A stretch of 64,000 bases of DNA from Tubiluchus corallicola (taxonomy: Eukaryota > Animalia > Priapulida). The position numbers were made by a program, and so were the translations under genes. A model generated the notes under the pieces. That model searched no databases, was not told the origin of the DNA, and worked only from the letters and a program-made list of their open reading frames with translations. Shown piece after piece: positions 42,370-56,829 of this stretch; within the stretch, counting starts at the first letter, position 1, and each line of letters starts with the position of its first letter. The DNA lies in assembly GCA_030141605.1 (NCBI GenBank), contig JAQGDQ010000251.1, positions 1-64,000 on the forward strand, written 5' to 3'.

Positions 42370-42586
42370 TAGCTTATGATAATTTCGTTTAGGACGTAGT
42401 CAAGGGTTAACACCTTAAGTAACTCAATACTTATTTCCAAGGAGGTGCCGGTTATTATTACCGCACGTTACTTTGATAACCCGCGTGCTTGGTCGAAGAA
42501 CCAGACATTTTTAAGTCTTTAATCTTACTCGGTCGGGAGTCGAACCCGCGTCCTACAGGGGGAAGCGAGCACTATTGAGCTACACA
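42370..42586 (-). mobile_element. tRNA-derived SINE
   Basis: Minus strand gtagctcaatagtg..gggttcgactccc; body aligns with 63355-63552. Confidence 0.8.
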
Positions 42587-43269
42587 CTTTTGTTTAATTG
42601 TAATTCTAAGATTAGTTCCAAAATAATTAATTTGTGAATACATATTAAGAGTGCTAACAAAAAGTGAAAATGGGAAAGTATTGAAAGATTTTATGAGAAA
42701 TTTTAAAACACAGTAATGTTGATTTTAGCACAAAATGATCATCTCTTTAGTTTTACCAAGGACTGGGTGACGTCGTTTAGCTGGCTAGCTATGACATTTG
42801 GGTGCATCTCAAATATTCTTCAAATTCGGCTATTGTTTAAGCAGTTTTAATCTTTTCACACGAACTTTTTGTTTTTGCCTTGAATAGAATCTAATTCGTA
42901 CATTTATTACTGCACACCTAATCCTGAATGTTTACTAGAAATAAATCATCATCAATTGCAATTAGTAAAAAAATATGCTACTATAAAACTATCAGTTATA
43001 CATCATTGTGCTATACTCCTTCGAAGAGAAAAAATAACTATTTACGCTAATTTCTTGTACTAATTTACTAACGTACTAATCCTAGAACTTTAAATGCTGA
43101 CAAAATCTAGTCTCAAATTGCCATAATTATATTCTTAAGCATCATCACAGTGCCCTCAGCAGCGGCTTTCTTAGTGTTACATAGCCTATTGTTGTTTATT
43201 TTAATAAATTGTGATAAAAAGTTATGTTTTAAATGTGTTATTTTGTGTTAACTTAAATAATCGAATTTG

Positions 43270-43560
43270 AATTTTTTCACCTAAATTTGCTCCAAGGACC
43301 TTAATAAACGTAGAACAACACACTTGTGTAAGACCACGGTAAGCAAGTGTCTTCTAATTCTAGAAAACGTAGAGAACAGTTGATAATGAAAAACACGTTT
43401 AGAGTTAGAAACTCGTGTCTCAAAAATATCAGCATGGACAAAATGTGTTAATAAACTGTATGGCTTTAGATATATCATGTTCAAATCGCCATTGAAGCCA
43501 TGGAATTACTGAGTAAATATATGGCTTCATGAAGAATATAACAATGTTAACAAAGAATAT
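43270..43560 (+). pseudogene. Candidate degenerate LRR fragment
   Basis: KFAPRTLINVEQ and LDISCSNR. The strand is ambiguous because the minus ORF also mimics LRR. Confidence 0.22.
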
Positions 43561-44569
43561 AACAGAGAATAAATATAACATAGCTCGTCACTACTCGCTA
43601 CATAACGCAACGTTAAATTGCAGTAAAAATGGCGTATAGGATTCAGTAGAATATTATTTTGAGAATAATAACTATTTATCCGGAAATACTAAAACAATTC
43701 CGTGGCCTTATTTTGCACATTTTTTCCTGGTCGCTCAACTTCATTTATGTAGATGAAAGTTGAATGATTCGTCATTAAAATGTATGAATAACGCAAATAG
43801 TAATAATACGGATACAAATTTGAACTAAAACAAACGCTAATTGCTATTCTGTTATGTAAAAATTATGCGCTACAGAACAATGAAAATGAAAGATTAATTT
43901 TATTATTTTGTTTATTTGTTTTTACTTTTATTTATACATTCATTTATTCATTTTTCCAACGTTTTTATTGTTTATTTAGATTTGTAAACTTCTGTTGCGG
44001 TTTCAAATACACTGTGTATTTAAATTGGCCACGTTCAAATCATCACTAAAGCCACGCATTTACTGAGTAGAAATACGACTTCAAAACCATCAAAACACCC
44101 ACTAAATGTTATTTTAACGTTATGCATCATAACCACATTTTACCCCTCCCCCCTTACCGTATATACATCATTACCACATTTTGCTCACCTTTGTAGGAAA
44201 GCCTGTCACGGTATTACAAAATGATTACTAGAACTTATGAACAATAAACATCTACTAATTTTTGTTAACTCTGTACGAATTATACAATCTTGTTATTTTA
44301 AAAATGTGGAATAGTAGATTGTTTGTAAATAGTAATCGTCGAATGTGATAGATACAAACGTTTGTTTACTGTATGTTTTGTATATAGTAGTATATTAGTG
44401 TAGCTTTTATCGTAGTATTTTATTGTAGTTTGATGTAATGTTTGAAATGAATTTATATGGCTTTTTTATGCTAAAATAAAATAATCTAATCTAATGTAAC
44501 GTAATCTAATATAATCTAGACGACTAATGTAATTGGGACGAAGTAAACTATTAATATCTAAATGGCTAC

Positions 44570-45130
44570 AGAATTATAAGCCTGCACTTGTTTCGTAATT
44601 ACAAATTTCGCAGTAAAGTTCCTTTCTGAGTGGAGTTTCACAAATGAGCAAGTACCATCCACAAGGCCCAATCAAGCGAAAGAATCTTTAGTTTTTGGTC
44701 TATGAGCTTTACTTTAATCATGACCAGCCGAAGAAATATATTAACATTCCTAGTGACTAAATTCGCGCAAGAAATAGCATAATTCGCTGCTCATTTAGCA
44801 ATTTAAAATTTCTCCCCAATTTCTACTATTTCCAGTCGGTACAGAAGAACTGAACAAAGACATTCTACCCAATTTGAGTTTATTTTGGACGCTCTGAACT
44901 TAGTCTAGGTTTATCACGCATGGAATAAACTTGAGTGGTCCTACCGGAATAAATAAAGCAATTTTCACTAATATTCGCTGGGTGAAGGTAGCGTGCAACC
45001 CGCGTAAGCCATGCTAGGCTTATAACATCTACTCAAAGCATCCTGTGCGAATGAACACAAAAAAACTTCAACCTGTCTCTCGTATGAACCTTAATCCACT
45101 CTATTCAAACATTTATCCGTAATGACAAGA
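44570..45130 (+). pseudogene. Candidate degenerate LRR fragment
   Basis: SERIFSFWSM, DILPNLSYF, VLPE*IKQF, STLFKHLSVM. Confidence 0.28.
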
Positions 45131-47656
45131 CTGGCAGGTGTAATATGCGTATAGTACTGCGAGGGCGGATCCACAAGGGTGCTTAAAACGTGTCTATGCT
45201 CCTCGCGTTACTTCTGATAATTGACAGAACATTGCATGCATTGCACACCGATTAACAAGGAAACATGCACAATAATTACCACGATGTGACGATGTTCAGT
45301 ATAACAACATTTCACTTATTAGACACACGCAAAAAAGATATCGTAAATCAAACTGCAGTTAACAATGGATATACGAATGAAAACGCCCTACTGTAGATTT
45401 TCTAATCATGATAATAATGCCTTCTGCGTAAATTAATGCAAATAGCTGCTTTTATCCGCATAGCTTTATGGTCAGTAAACTGCTTAGCACGCTAAAAACT
45501 AAAAAAGAAAACAAAACGTAAAAGCATTAACAGTATTCGGCTGCATTATAATCATACAGCTAACAATTACTAACAAGGCGTACTATTTTACATGTGTTTT
45601 ATTCTAAACTTTTTGAAAGATTAATGCTCTGTGTTTTCTTTTAGATAATTCAGATAAAAAGTGATTCAGAATTTGCTATCTTTATTTAAAAATAGTCTTT
45701 TACTGATGAGCATCGCAAATAGGCCTATTGTTTTTGCCGTCTTAACTGATGGCTTAACGTTTTCAACGCTAGAGAATGTAAGAAAAACAATGCTGTGTTG
45801 ATTTTATATAGAAACTACTACAATTACATATCAAGAGTCATTGTTTCAATCTCAATTTTATTGTAGGCATACACGGTACATTCATAAATATAAATTTATT
45901 AATAGAAAGTTCTGTTATCTCACAATGTACATCACTTTTTTATAGTAAAGCGATTACAAAAACCACGATACTTTCAATAAATTCCAGCTAAATTAGTAAC
46001 AATAAGTAATTCAATCTGAGACAGAGGAAATAGTTAAAAAAAACCTTAAAATATTATAACAACATACGTCAATATTTTAGATACTACGGCCATTATTGCA
46101 GCTTTTGCAAAGGTCGTTAAGCTTACAATCTTATCTTCTTTTACCCAGTTGATATAGGTACTCTAATCTTCTAACCTCGGTGCGACACCTAGTGGGCAAT
46201 GGCTACAACAAAACTTAGAAAATCTTTGTTATTAAAATAACTTAAAAAATAGTCACGGGCAATTACTAAAAACATATCGGTCACATCTTTCAAGTACAAG
46301 TTATTTATCTAAAGCAAAATACAGCAAACGCACTCAGTTATAATTACAAAATGATGGATTCATAACATCGGATGATTTTAATTAGCAATGATACTATAAA
46401 TTAAAATTACAGTTTTTGAATCTGATAGGCTACTTGTACGGTGCAAACACCAAAATGTCATTTTTGGTTCATTACGTACATTTAAATTGTGAAATTCTTA
46501 CTTTTAGCTGTTCAAGTGAGTACCGCCGTATTATTATGCTTTCAGTAAACAATTCAATTCAATTCTGTTTCCAGACGAGCACTAAAGATCCTTTTAATCT
46601 TTTAATACAATTTTGTTTTCCTTGCTAAGTAAGTGTATCAAGTATAAATCATTTGTATGTAAATACGAGGCAAAGGTTTTTATTTTCATAAAAATTTTTG
46701 TGTAAAAAATTATAATTTCGATTTATTAAAATAATATAAATTTGATTGTTGCACTTTGTTATTGAAAAATAACACGGGCACGACCGATTGCTAAGTTTTA
46801 AGTAACTAAGAATTCAAATTCATTACAAAACCACTTTATTGTTTAAGTTTATACAATATATAAGTGCAGTACAAATACACGGTTTAGCCTCCTGTTGCGA
46901 AATAATGCAAACATTACTCAGTAACACTTAAAAACAGGTGAAAATTTGTGTAAAATCTTAACGTCAGATGGTGAAAGTAAAACCGCTTTACCTGATACAC
47001 ATATAATAATAGTTTCCTTCTAAAAATAAGAAAAGCTACTTACATATCTTTTCAAAATTTAATAAGCAAATTATATGATGTAGTTCCTAATTTTTATTTG
47101 AAAAATTATACAGATTATACAAAATAAAGTTGCAGCGAATATCTTAAAAGCAATTTATTAGAAATTTATCAGAAATTTTGGGTTGCAGCCAAAATGTAGG
47201 TAATGACATTATGCGAATTAAACACTCATACTGTCGACGCGTGGGAGTTTGCAAGCCAATAAATGACTGAAACTTAACAACTATCAAACTTTCATTATTT
47301 TTTATATAATTTAGTAAGTCTATCTTTATAATAATGTTATAAAACTCTTACTAGCTAATCCACTATAATGAACCCTTGCTATCATCCAAATTGCTGAACT
47401 GTGTATAAGTATCTCTGTGTTCATGTAAGACGCCAAAAAACAAGTATTTTAATTGGAAATAATGTATACGTAATCATGCAGTTTAAGATCTCAAACTGTC
47501 AAGTTTCAATCAGTAAACTTGTTTTTGGTTATTATAGTCCCCGTTTTAAACAATGCGTAACAGTTTTTGTTTAGTACCATAAACAAAACTTTAGCTGACA
47601 TCTCAGCGGGTATAAATTAGCTTACAATAACAGATAACACAAGAAAATGCCACACA

Positions 47657-47687
<31 letters not shown>

Positions 47688-48756
47688 TTATTATTATTAT
47701 TATTACATACAGTGCGTCTTTACAGAAACTAGAATTAAATACTCAATTGCTAAAAATACAAGTCAGGCTATAGTTTCGTACTAAAGGTTCGAATAGACCT
47801 TTGAGCTCCAATATGAATTGCAGTTTATAATTTATTTTTTGTTTGATTTATTTGTCAATTGTTAATTAATTTATAGAAAAAGCACTTGGACTTTCTTAAT
47901 TATAAAGTGTATAACGCACATAATTTTTACGCTAACACAACGTATTAGCTGTTACTCGGTCAAACAGTTATATGAAACAAATAGCAGATACACAAAGTAC
48001 AGACGAAAAGTATAGTTGTTGCAAAACTTGGAATTCAAGGGGTGAGCATCGTTCACCAACGTTTATATATTTAAAAAAGTCACGAAATTTAATGGTTAAA
48101 TTACAGACAAAATATAAAAAGATAAAAAACGAGGAATGTTGCTATACTTTGTGTGCTATATTCTCCCTGCACTGCGTGCGGAAAATCGCAAAACGCAGTA
48201 ACGTAAAACCAGAGAGCGGGCAGTCAATAATATACGTTAGTCAACAATAGTCAAAATAATGATTATGCATAATGACCACACAGTAATTATCAACTCGTTA
48301 ATATTTCTGTTTTAACTCTAAGTCTTTTGAGTTTGTTCATTTAGCATTTTAATAAATTTGAAATAGTAAATTAATTTTGATTTGGTTGTTATTTAATTTT
48401 TTTTCACTACTCTACTCGAGGAAAACTTTTAGAAAATTTTTTGCGTTGCTTTAGGCCAAATACACTAAAAAAATTGTAATTATTTGAAATTTTATTATTG
48501 CTGGTACAGATACAATTTTTAATTTATGTTTGTGTGATGCATGTAAATTAACCTTTGTGTTAATTTAATTTCTTTATAGAAACATTTATTACTAATTATA
48601 AAGAAATGGTTATTAAGCTTTAAGTGTGTCTGATATATTTAAAAATCCATTTATTTACCTGCATTTAATAAAAAGCATAATAACATAATTAAATGAAATA
48701 AAATCATAGACCTAGATATTATCATTAGCACTGCAAACAGCATACTTTCACACAAG

Positions 48757-48952
<196 letters not shown>

Positions 48953-48959
48953 GCTATCG

Positions 48960-49800
48960 CTGTGAATATGACAACCTTCTATATTTCTACGGGAAAACCA
49001 TTGAAGATCTGAAAACTTAACTCCTACCACTTTTGTAGGTATGAAAACTAAACAGGTAACCTAAAGAGGCTGACATTAAATACATACCAAATGTGTTACT
49101 TTTTAGCCAATTAAAAACAGCTACTACAACGCAGCCAGACGCAATAAAGACTATTTTCTTTGCACTATACTCGCCTATAACGTTATTCCTGCTGCAATAC
49201 AAACGCCAAAAGCCAACGCAACTTTTTCACTCTTAAAATATTTTTACACAAGACAACTTCTTGCGTTCCTCTCTCCACAAACCTCACAGTCAAACTAAAC
49301 AGTCTGCCTTAGAGCTTTCCTATATACGGCGCTGAATAAGATTACTACATTGTTGAAAACCATGCCGATTATTTCTCTCTTTCATTGCAGCCAAGTCTAA
49401 TAAATTCTGAAAGGGGCCATCGTTTTCAAAACTGTTTGCATGCATGCGTACTATTCACCGGTTGACGCATTTTTTCTTTTCTCAATATAGCACCATTCTT
49501 TCCCGTATTGAATTTGCAAAACAAAGCTTTGTATTATATAGCAGCGCACGGCAAAGCTACAAGATTCATCTATACGGACTGCCGTGGACCTTTCACAAGA
49601 TTTCTATACTGCCGAGGAGTTGAATTTGTCTCCTTACAAAAGGAAGGCTTTATTTAAACAGGAAACTCATGAATGCTAAATCCTCAAATAACACTGGCTT
49701 TCACCGGGCGCAATTATGCGTGTGCAAATGCAAGAATATGTCCGTGTATTGCAAGCAACAGTGAAAACTGTAAAAGTTGTTGCTGCTAAATGGATAGTGA
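48960..49800 (+). pseudogene. Degenerate multi-LRR gene relic
   Basis: IFLRENH*RSENLTPTTFVGMKTKQVT, DIKYIPNVLLFSQL, NVIPAAIQT, VCLRAFLYTALNKI, VSLQKEGF, and terminal Cys cluster LCVCKCK. Confidence 0.52.
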
Positions 49801-50297
49801 GTCAAAAATACATCAGAAAAGACGAACAGAAATATGTATAGAGATCAATAGCCGCCGTTCTCTATACAGCTAGTGAGGCACATAAACAAGATATGAACTC
49901 AAATGTAAAACAGCTAAAGGGTAAAAGAAGAAAATATTCTAACATTTACTAGTGCAAAGAGGACTTAGAGGACACACTCAGCCACCGAATCGTTTTCGGA
50001 TGGAAAGTTCCGCGTTCTACTGGTCTCTTCTTTCATTTTGTCGCCTGTTCTTTGGTATTGCTGGACGAATGTAAAGAGCTTCTAAAATTTCCACGTCCTT
50101 TGCTCTAATTGTGCAAGCACTTTATATATAAACCTAAAAAAATTGGTGAACAAGTTCTTTGAATTTCTTTGCTATTTTAACATTTTCTACTGTTGCGTTG
50201 CACAACAGACCCAACGTAGTCCAACCTAATCTACAAAAGTGAAAATTAGAATTACTTAATTATTTTGCACTATAATTATGCTTTAATATGTTCAGTC

Positions 50298-50375
50298 AAG
50301 TGCAGCAGATGGACTATCATGGAATCTTGATGTCTTGGTGTGGGTTCGAATCCGACCGTCCAAAGATTTCTTTCT
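50298..50375 (+). mobile_element. tRNA-derived SINE head, degenerate
   Basis: Box B gggttcgaatcc at about 50342, without a cloverleaf. Confidence 0.45.
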
Positions 50376-50929
50376 TTCTTAATTTTCACCTTTAGAAATA
50401 GATTTTTTGACCATTTGTCTACCTACTATGTTTTAATCGCCTGGCATGTTTTGCGGTTTTATCTTGAAATTATTTCTTAGGCAAAACTACAGTTTTGAAA
50501 CTATTTCATATGTGAATATATTGGTTGTTGTACACTTGGATCGCACGTATGAGTACGCCAACTAATAACACTTTAACCCAATAATTTGTTTGTCTAAGTT
50601 TGTATCACTAAAGTAATATTTGTGATATGTCAGCCATGAGACTGTACTGTATCACAGAATGATTTAGAAAGACGTTCTTTTTCTTGAATAGTACATAACG
50701 CACTTAATTACCTGTAAGATTACCAGTTTAATCGAAGTCAAGATTTAAGTCTATTGAGTTAGTTAAGTTTATTTACATTTCTATAGCGTACTATCCATTT
50801 GCATGGTCTAGAAAACTTTACAATAATTACAATCAGTCATTACACACTCTGATAATAAATTTATGCAAAATTATAAATTGTATAGAATGGATCTAAAATA
50901 AGTCATGAGAATATAGCAAGTAAGTATTA

Positions 50930-51091
50930 AACTAGTAAGTTCTGAGAATATAAAAAATTTTGAATTTACGTACATATTAAAGCGTGAATTGAGAGCTTTC
51001 TGTGGGAACCCAATGTCGGAACTATTGTAAAATTCTCTGATAATTACTTGAGATTCAACCCCACTACGAAGCAACAAAAATGCAGAGAGCG

Positions 51092-51148
<57 letters not shown>

Positions 51149-51420
51149 GAGAGGAGGAGGAGGAGAGAAAGAGACAGAGACAGAGAGATTTCCGATCATG
51201 ATGTTTCACGATGTTCATATCCGACAAGTTTGCAGACATTCAAACAGTTATTGGAACGGCCCTTGCTATACGTCTTGCTTATAATAGTTCCTTTGAATTG
51301 ACAGAGATCATAGAATGCGTATAATTGTAGAGATTCTCTTTCATTCACAAAGCAAGAATATAGTATTACATGTACAAGCTCTGAGTCATCAATCTCCTGA
51401 ACAAAAAATAAGCGAAAGCT
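50930..51420 (+). pseudogene. Candidate LRR relic interrupted by (GA)n
   Basis: ILKRELRAFCGNPMSELL before the microsatellite and RFPIMMFHDVHIRQVCRHSN after it. Confidence 0.4.
51084..51188. repeat. (GA)n microsatellite
   Basis: Visible array. Confidence 0.95.
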
Positions 51421-51659
51421 AAAAGCAGGAAAAAGAAAAATGGGTTGCGGATTAGATTAAGGCTACAATTAAATTCAAATCGTATAACGAGCCTAATCCT
51501 TCATGCACCGCAATTTCAGTTCACAGGATATCAGCAGATTTAACGATTACGAATAAGCCGGTTTTTGGTTATACGCTCGTAAACGGAATGTGCTTAACTA
51601 TTTTTGTTGATTCGTTTTTTTGTGAAACGTAGTGGTCTTTTAAAATTAAATGCAACAAT

Positions 51660-51712
51660 TTTTTATTCGTTACTCGCTTGCGAAGTAACTCCATAAAGAG
51701 GCCTCTTTCTTC
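51660..51712 (-). mobile_element. Dispersed repeat end with hairpin, copy 4
   Basis: Reverse complement reads gcctctttatggagttacttcgcaagcgagtaacgaataaaa. Confidence 0.5.
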
Positions 51713-52199
51713 TTTCACTTGATTTTCTTCATGTTAATAAGTTGCTAATATTGTGAGGTTACCACAAAGTTACTTCCTATTCTAAATTCTTAGAAAAAAC
51801 GAATTCCGTGACAACGAGTGACAACGAGTGACAACGGCAAATGGTGTTCAAAATGACTTTTCCAAGCAGTTTGGCAGAAAAACTCAGTAAGCAACTAACC
51901 CTATGCTTTGCATGTACCGCTCGTCTACACGTAGCATTGTTGTTTGTTTGCAGTACAATATGCTGCTATATAGATGTACAGAATTAGCACAGATTTTATT
52001 AGTACATTAATAAGGTACATATTTAGAATCGTTTGATTTCGAACACTAACATCAAATCACAAAGATTTGAAAATTAACCCTAACATTACCGAGTGCCAAC
52101 TTGCTTTAAACTTCAGTGTGATACAGAAATATATAGCAAAATTCTGTAAACGAATCCTCTGAACTTTTACCCGTTTTGTATGGTTTTTGTCGATTCATT

Positions 52200-52630
52200 T
52201 GGAACATCTATGGAAAAAAATTACGGAAAACTGTAATATTCCGATTAACCAAAATTCGCAACACTAAGCTACTGATCAAACATTTACAACAAAAATAAGC
52301 TTGCAAAGATATTATTTTACTGGCATTCTAAAACCTACTGTAAGTCTGCACATGATGAAGTGCAAAAGCATTACTATATGCTGCAAATCAATGCTGTGAC
52401 TACGTTTCTGAAAGGTAATTTTGAGTTATTCGTCATTTATTCAAGAGAAATTAATGTTAAACACTTTTCTGAGACTGCATTCTATGATGCATTTTCTAAG
52501 ATGGTGCAAATTCATAATTGCGTATGAGTGGTGGAACCATAAAAGTGGAAACAGTACAAATTTTGTTGTCCGATCCCTGCATTGTCATGCGTTGCTCAGA
52601 CCCTTAATAAAAGATTTTATTTTTAGATAA
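52200..52630 (+). pseudogene. Candidate degenerate LRR fragment
   Basis: KDIILLAF*NLL*VCT and KLMLNTFLRLHSMMHFL with LRR spacing. Confidence 0.38.
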
Positions 52631-52911
52631 ACGACTATTTAAATGTTATCAAAAGTTTTGTAGCACATAACAATGAACACACTTTAAAAAACACAGTAGT
52701 TAGATTTTGAAAAAAAAATAAATTACTATGTCATACGTTTTCACAATATCAACAAGTGCTAAATATTTTATAGTAAATAATTGTGCATAATGTTTTATTC
52801 ATTGTGAATAATAAAGTTAACTAACATACAATTTTTTATCATCTAACAATTATGGACCATTATGGAAATAATAGCTTTTAAAACTATGTATAATACATCT
52901 ATTAAAAGTAA

Positions 52912-53258
52912 ATTCTTATTCTTATTCTTATTCTTGTTCTTGTTCTTGTTCTTGTTCTTGTTCTTGTTCTTGTTCTTGTTCTTGTTCTTGTTCTTGTGCT
53001 TGTACTTGTTCTTGTTCTTGTTCTTGTTCTTGTTCTTGTTCTTGTTCTTGTTCTCATTCTCATTCTCGTTCTCATTCTCATTCTCATTCTCATTCTCATT
53101 TTCATTCTCATTTTCATTCTCATTTTCATTCTCATTCTTATTTTTATTCCTCTTCTTATTCGTATTCTTATTCTTGTTTTATTGTTTTCCTTATGCTCAT
53201 GTTTATGCTTGTTTTTATACTTATTCTTATTTTTGTTTTTGTTCTTGTTATTCTTATT
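52912..53258. repeat. Hexanucleotide array (TTCTTA, TTCTTG, TTCTCA, TTTTCA variants)
   Basis: Visible array with blockwise variant turnover. Confidence 0.96.
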
Positions 53259-53269
53259 GCGAAGAACCA

Positions 53270-54005
53270 GGTGATGTATAAAACTTGCTTATTAGGTTGT
53301 AGATAAAAATTACAAACTAGCAACCATCGTCGGCTAAGTTTTCCGGGGATCAGACAAAAATTCTTAATCCCAAATAATGAAAAAAAAACTGAAGGATAAG
53401 GAAGATTTCCTGTTTGCGCCTTTTCAGTATCTTAAGCTTAACGCCAGTGCGGAAGTGACAATGCCAATTTGTCGATTTAAGCAAACGATTACTGCTAAGT
53501 CCAAAAATATTGGGAGTGGGAATTTAGGCCTACTGATAAGAAAAACCCACGCACACTCGGGGAAAGAGGTTTTGTCGTACAAGAGGCGTGCTCAGTAAAT
53601 TCCAATTGAGGAACTGACAAGGCGCCGTTTGCCTGAAGTTCAAAACAACTGCATAGTTCGTCATTTTTTAATTAGCTTTTAAAATGCCTCAATTTAAGCT
53701 ATCTTTGGTTGTAGATTGAACTAGTTACAAATGAACTGTCGTTATGAATACTTTCATTTGCAAATAGATTATCATTTGGGGTGTTAAAATATTTTAACAT
53801 TACTTCATAGCTTTAGAACAAATGTTTAGCTTTGTGTTCTGTATAAGCTTCTCTGAAGTCTTCTATGTAGGCTCTGCTGACTCATATGCAAGATTCGAGT
53901 TCACTTTTTGCCAAAGCCTTTCGATGAAAATTAACATTAACTTTCTGTCTATGTTTATGATTAATAAACTTATTTTGACGTTGAATTTTATAATTGCTCT
54001 GAAAT
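53270..54005 (+). pseudogene. Degenerate multi-LRR gene relic
   Basis: KLAY*VVDKNYKLATIVG*VFRGS, then (homopolymer frameshift) FLIPNNEK/LKDKEDFLFAPFQYLKL; later FEFTFCQSLSMKININFLSMFMINKLIL. Confidence 0.55.
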
Positions 54006-54297
54006 AAAGTAAATTAGAAAGAGTAAAATATTATTCTGTCAAACCTATGCCCTTTGCACTCTGGTAGCTATGCACCCGTGCCGCCAACGCTCCAACTCTT
54101 TAATAATTAAAACGTTAATTGCCTCATTTTAATTAATTAGCATACAGTCACGCAATCGCCAAATTGCAGGTATATGTTACATGTGCAGATATAATCAATA
54201 TCTTAAACTAAAGTTTAACAATTATTAACTTTAACGCAATTTTGAAAAGCTAACTATATGCAATAACATGAATCATTTTTCATATTTTACATGTAAA

Positions 54298-54679
54298 CAA
54301 GGCTGGATTACCCTATAAGCTATTACAGGCTGCTTGGGGGCCCCAAGCTTGGGGCCCTCAATTTCTCGCAACATTTGGTAAAAAAAATCAGTTTTTTTAA
54401 TACGGATGTGTTGAAATATGTGCTAGTTTGGTTTGCAATACAAAATGCAATAGTGATATTTCTTAACGAATATTTTTGTTGACAAACGAAAGATAGCTAT
54501 ATGCTGGCTCATTTAAAGAATTTGTAATAAGTTTAGTTGAAGCTGTATAAATCTCGCTAAAATGCGTCACGAGTAAAAAAATATTCAAGGGGGTGCGGGC
54601 GAGTTAGAGGTTGGCTCCGTCTGAGGAACCCAAAATTTCGTTACCCTAAGAACCCAAAAAATGGCATAATCCGGTCCTG
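54298..54679. mobile_element. hAT-type MITE
   Basis: Termini caaggctggatta and taatccggtcctg are imperfect inverted repeats. The flanking 8-mers catgtaaa/cctataat partly match; internal gggggcccc motifs. Confidence 0.65.
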
Positions 54680-55099
54680 CCTATAATTGGTTTAAATATT
54701 TTCGCACATACATGGGTGACGTGAGAGCTTCCATCTGTTCAAGCTTGTTGTTGTTGTTAATCTTCTCTGCATTATGAACGTTGATGTAAAATATAATTAT
54801 ACATCATTATCTAGCCTCATTCTAGCTAAACTAATTTTAAAGATGGAATAAAAAATAAATCATCTTTTTCCCATTTGTACAAAAAGCTGTACTGTTTGTA
54901 ATTTTTCGCATAATTCCCACAATTACATTTATAATTTTTTTATTATTAAAAATTTTCGTTTCTAGAACTCGCTAATTCTTAACGTCTTTAACAAAAAATC
55001 TATAGAGCAGATTTGACGATGAGAAGTAGTGAGTTATCGAAAGGTTATCATTTAATGTTAAAGAATTATAAAAATTGACGTATTTGTGGAATTTCCGTT

Positions 55100-56400
55100 A
55101 CGTATAAAACCGCTTTATTCTTGGTTATAAAGAATTTCAAAGTAATTGCATGCATATTTCACTGCCCGTGTTGTATTAAATTTTAAAGTCGATGCTGATG
55201 ACATGGCTTCATGGATGACTTTCACAGAAGATATCATTTGGTTTTTAAAGCTGTAAACAAATTTTAAGAACGAACAGCTTAACAATGTAAAATCAGTATT
55301 CAGTTCAACTAAATGTTCAGTGTGCAATATCCAGTACGGGTAAGGTATTTTTCGCGCGACACAAAGTGCGGAAACTTACGAAACCTTACTGTAAAACAGA
55401 CTTATATAAAATGCCGATCACCACGTGCTGGAGAAGTTATACGAGACTCCGAGTTTCACAAATTCTTCTCAAACACGTTTCAAAACCTGTCACAAGGTTT
55501 ACGTGATTACAAAACCTTTATGTAATCATGTGGATCTAATAAACTTATGCACAACAGAAATCTAATACACAACAAAAAGTAAGTTATTGTTAACACCTCA
55601 CGTCCGTGACTGCTAGCATTTCCTAGCTTCCTAGCTTGTGTTTGTTTTTCTGCTACTTCTTATAGTATTACCCTCGACATTCCTAGGCCGAGCACATGCA
55701 GAGTTTTCTCCGGGCTTCTTATCTGTGAAATTTTCTACCGGAAAAGTAGTTTGCTTGAAAACTGTAATCTCATTCGATTCAAAAACAGATAAGCTACCTT
55801 CTATCACTTGCAAAATGTTATTAATTCTGTTTCTTATATAGTCTCAATCACATTTTCATTTTTTCGCAGTAGCACGATTCGTCATTGGTCTTGTTTTGGG
55901 GTAATTTGTATAAGAAACCTTTCAAGCAAAAACGTTGTTTCTAACTTCGGTGCTTTCAAACTTCCTTCAAGTTTTCATCGAGGCGAGGCCACAGTCATTC
56001 ACCTGTTCCTTAAATAAATCATGAACATTCGATGACGAATGTCTTTTTCTTCTTCCGCGACCATTTAATGAACTGATTTCGTATTTTCACTCTTTACAGA
56101 AATCATAGATGAAGACAAGAAATTGAACAAATATTTTGCTCTAAAAACGAATTTCTTAATAGACTAAGAAAAGCATAATAATTTTCTTTGTCTTACCATA
56201 TTTAAAAAAGATTAAAAATGTGATTTCAATCATTAAACGATAAGCCATATTGCCACACATATTGCGCATTTTTGCAATAATAGTTTTCGGAACTGGTGCT
56301 GACAAGCCATTGGCATAACAGCATATGGCATTTTGCTGAATTACCGGCTTTTTACTGCTGTGTTTACATGTCTTAGAAGACATTTCTTTTAGTTTAGATT
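55100..56400 (+). pseudogene. Near full-length decayed LRR gene (LRRNT, LRRs, LRRCT-like)
   Basis: IACIFHCPCCIKF*SRC (about 55145), GNLRNLTVKQTYIKCRSPRA and IRDSEFHKFFSNTFQNL (exact spacing), IVLPSTFLG, FDSKTDKLPSIT, and SLNDKPYCHTYCAFLQ* (about 56230). Confidence 0.6.
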
Positions 56401-56429
56401 GATGATGAATAATAGACCTAATGAGTAAC

Positions 56430-56479
56430 AGATGACGACGACGATAGCGACGACGACGACGACGATGATGATGATGATA

Positions 56480-56513
<34 letters not shown>

Positions 56514-56662
56514 CGATGAGCCGATGATGATGATGATGAAGAAGATGAGGAGGAGAGGAGAAAAAAGAAGAAGGAAAAAAGGAAAAGAAGAAAAAGAAGA
56601 AGAAGAAGATGATGATGATGATGGTGATGATGATGATGATGGTGACGACGACGACGACGATA
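56430..56662. repeat. (GAT/GAC/GAA)n compound microsatellite
   Basis: Visible arrays. Confidence 0.95.
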
Positions 56663-56829
56663 AAACAAATAAACCTGATAAATTCAATTATAAGCGCATT
56701 ATATCTTTAATGCTGAATCTTAAATCAGTTTCAGGAAATATTTGATAACTACACAACAAAAACAAAACTAAATACATATAAAAACTAAAATCGATGAATT
56801 TAGCCTACCTTTCTTATAATTTTTAATAT

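Noticed and set aside
49088-49191. Minus-strand exon candidate with ag/gt ends
   Set aside because: The peptide is unrecognisable and the plus strand carries stronger LRR motifs.
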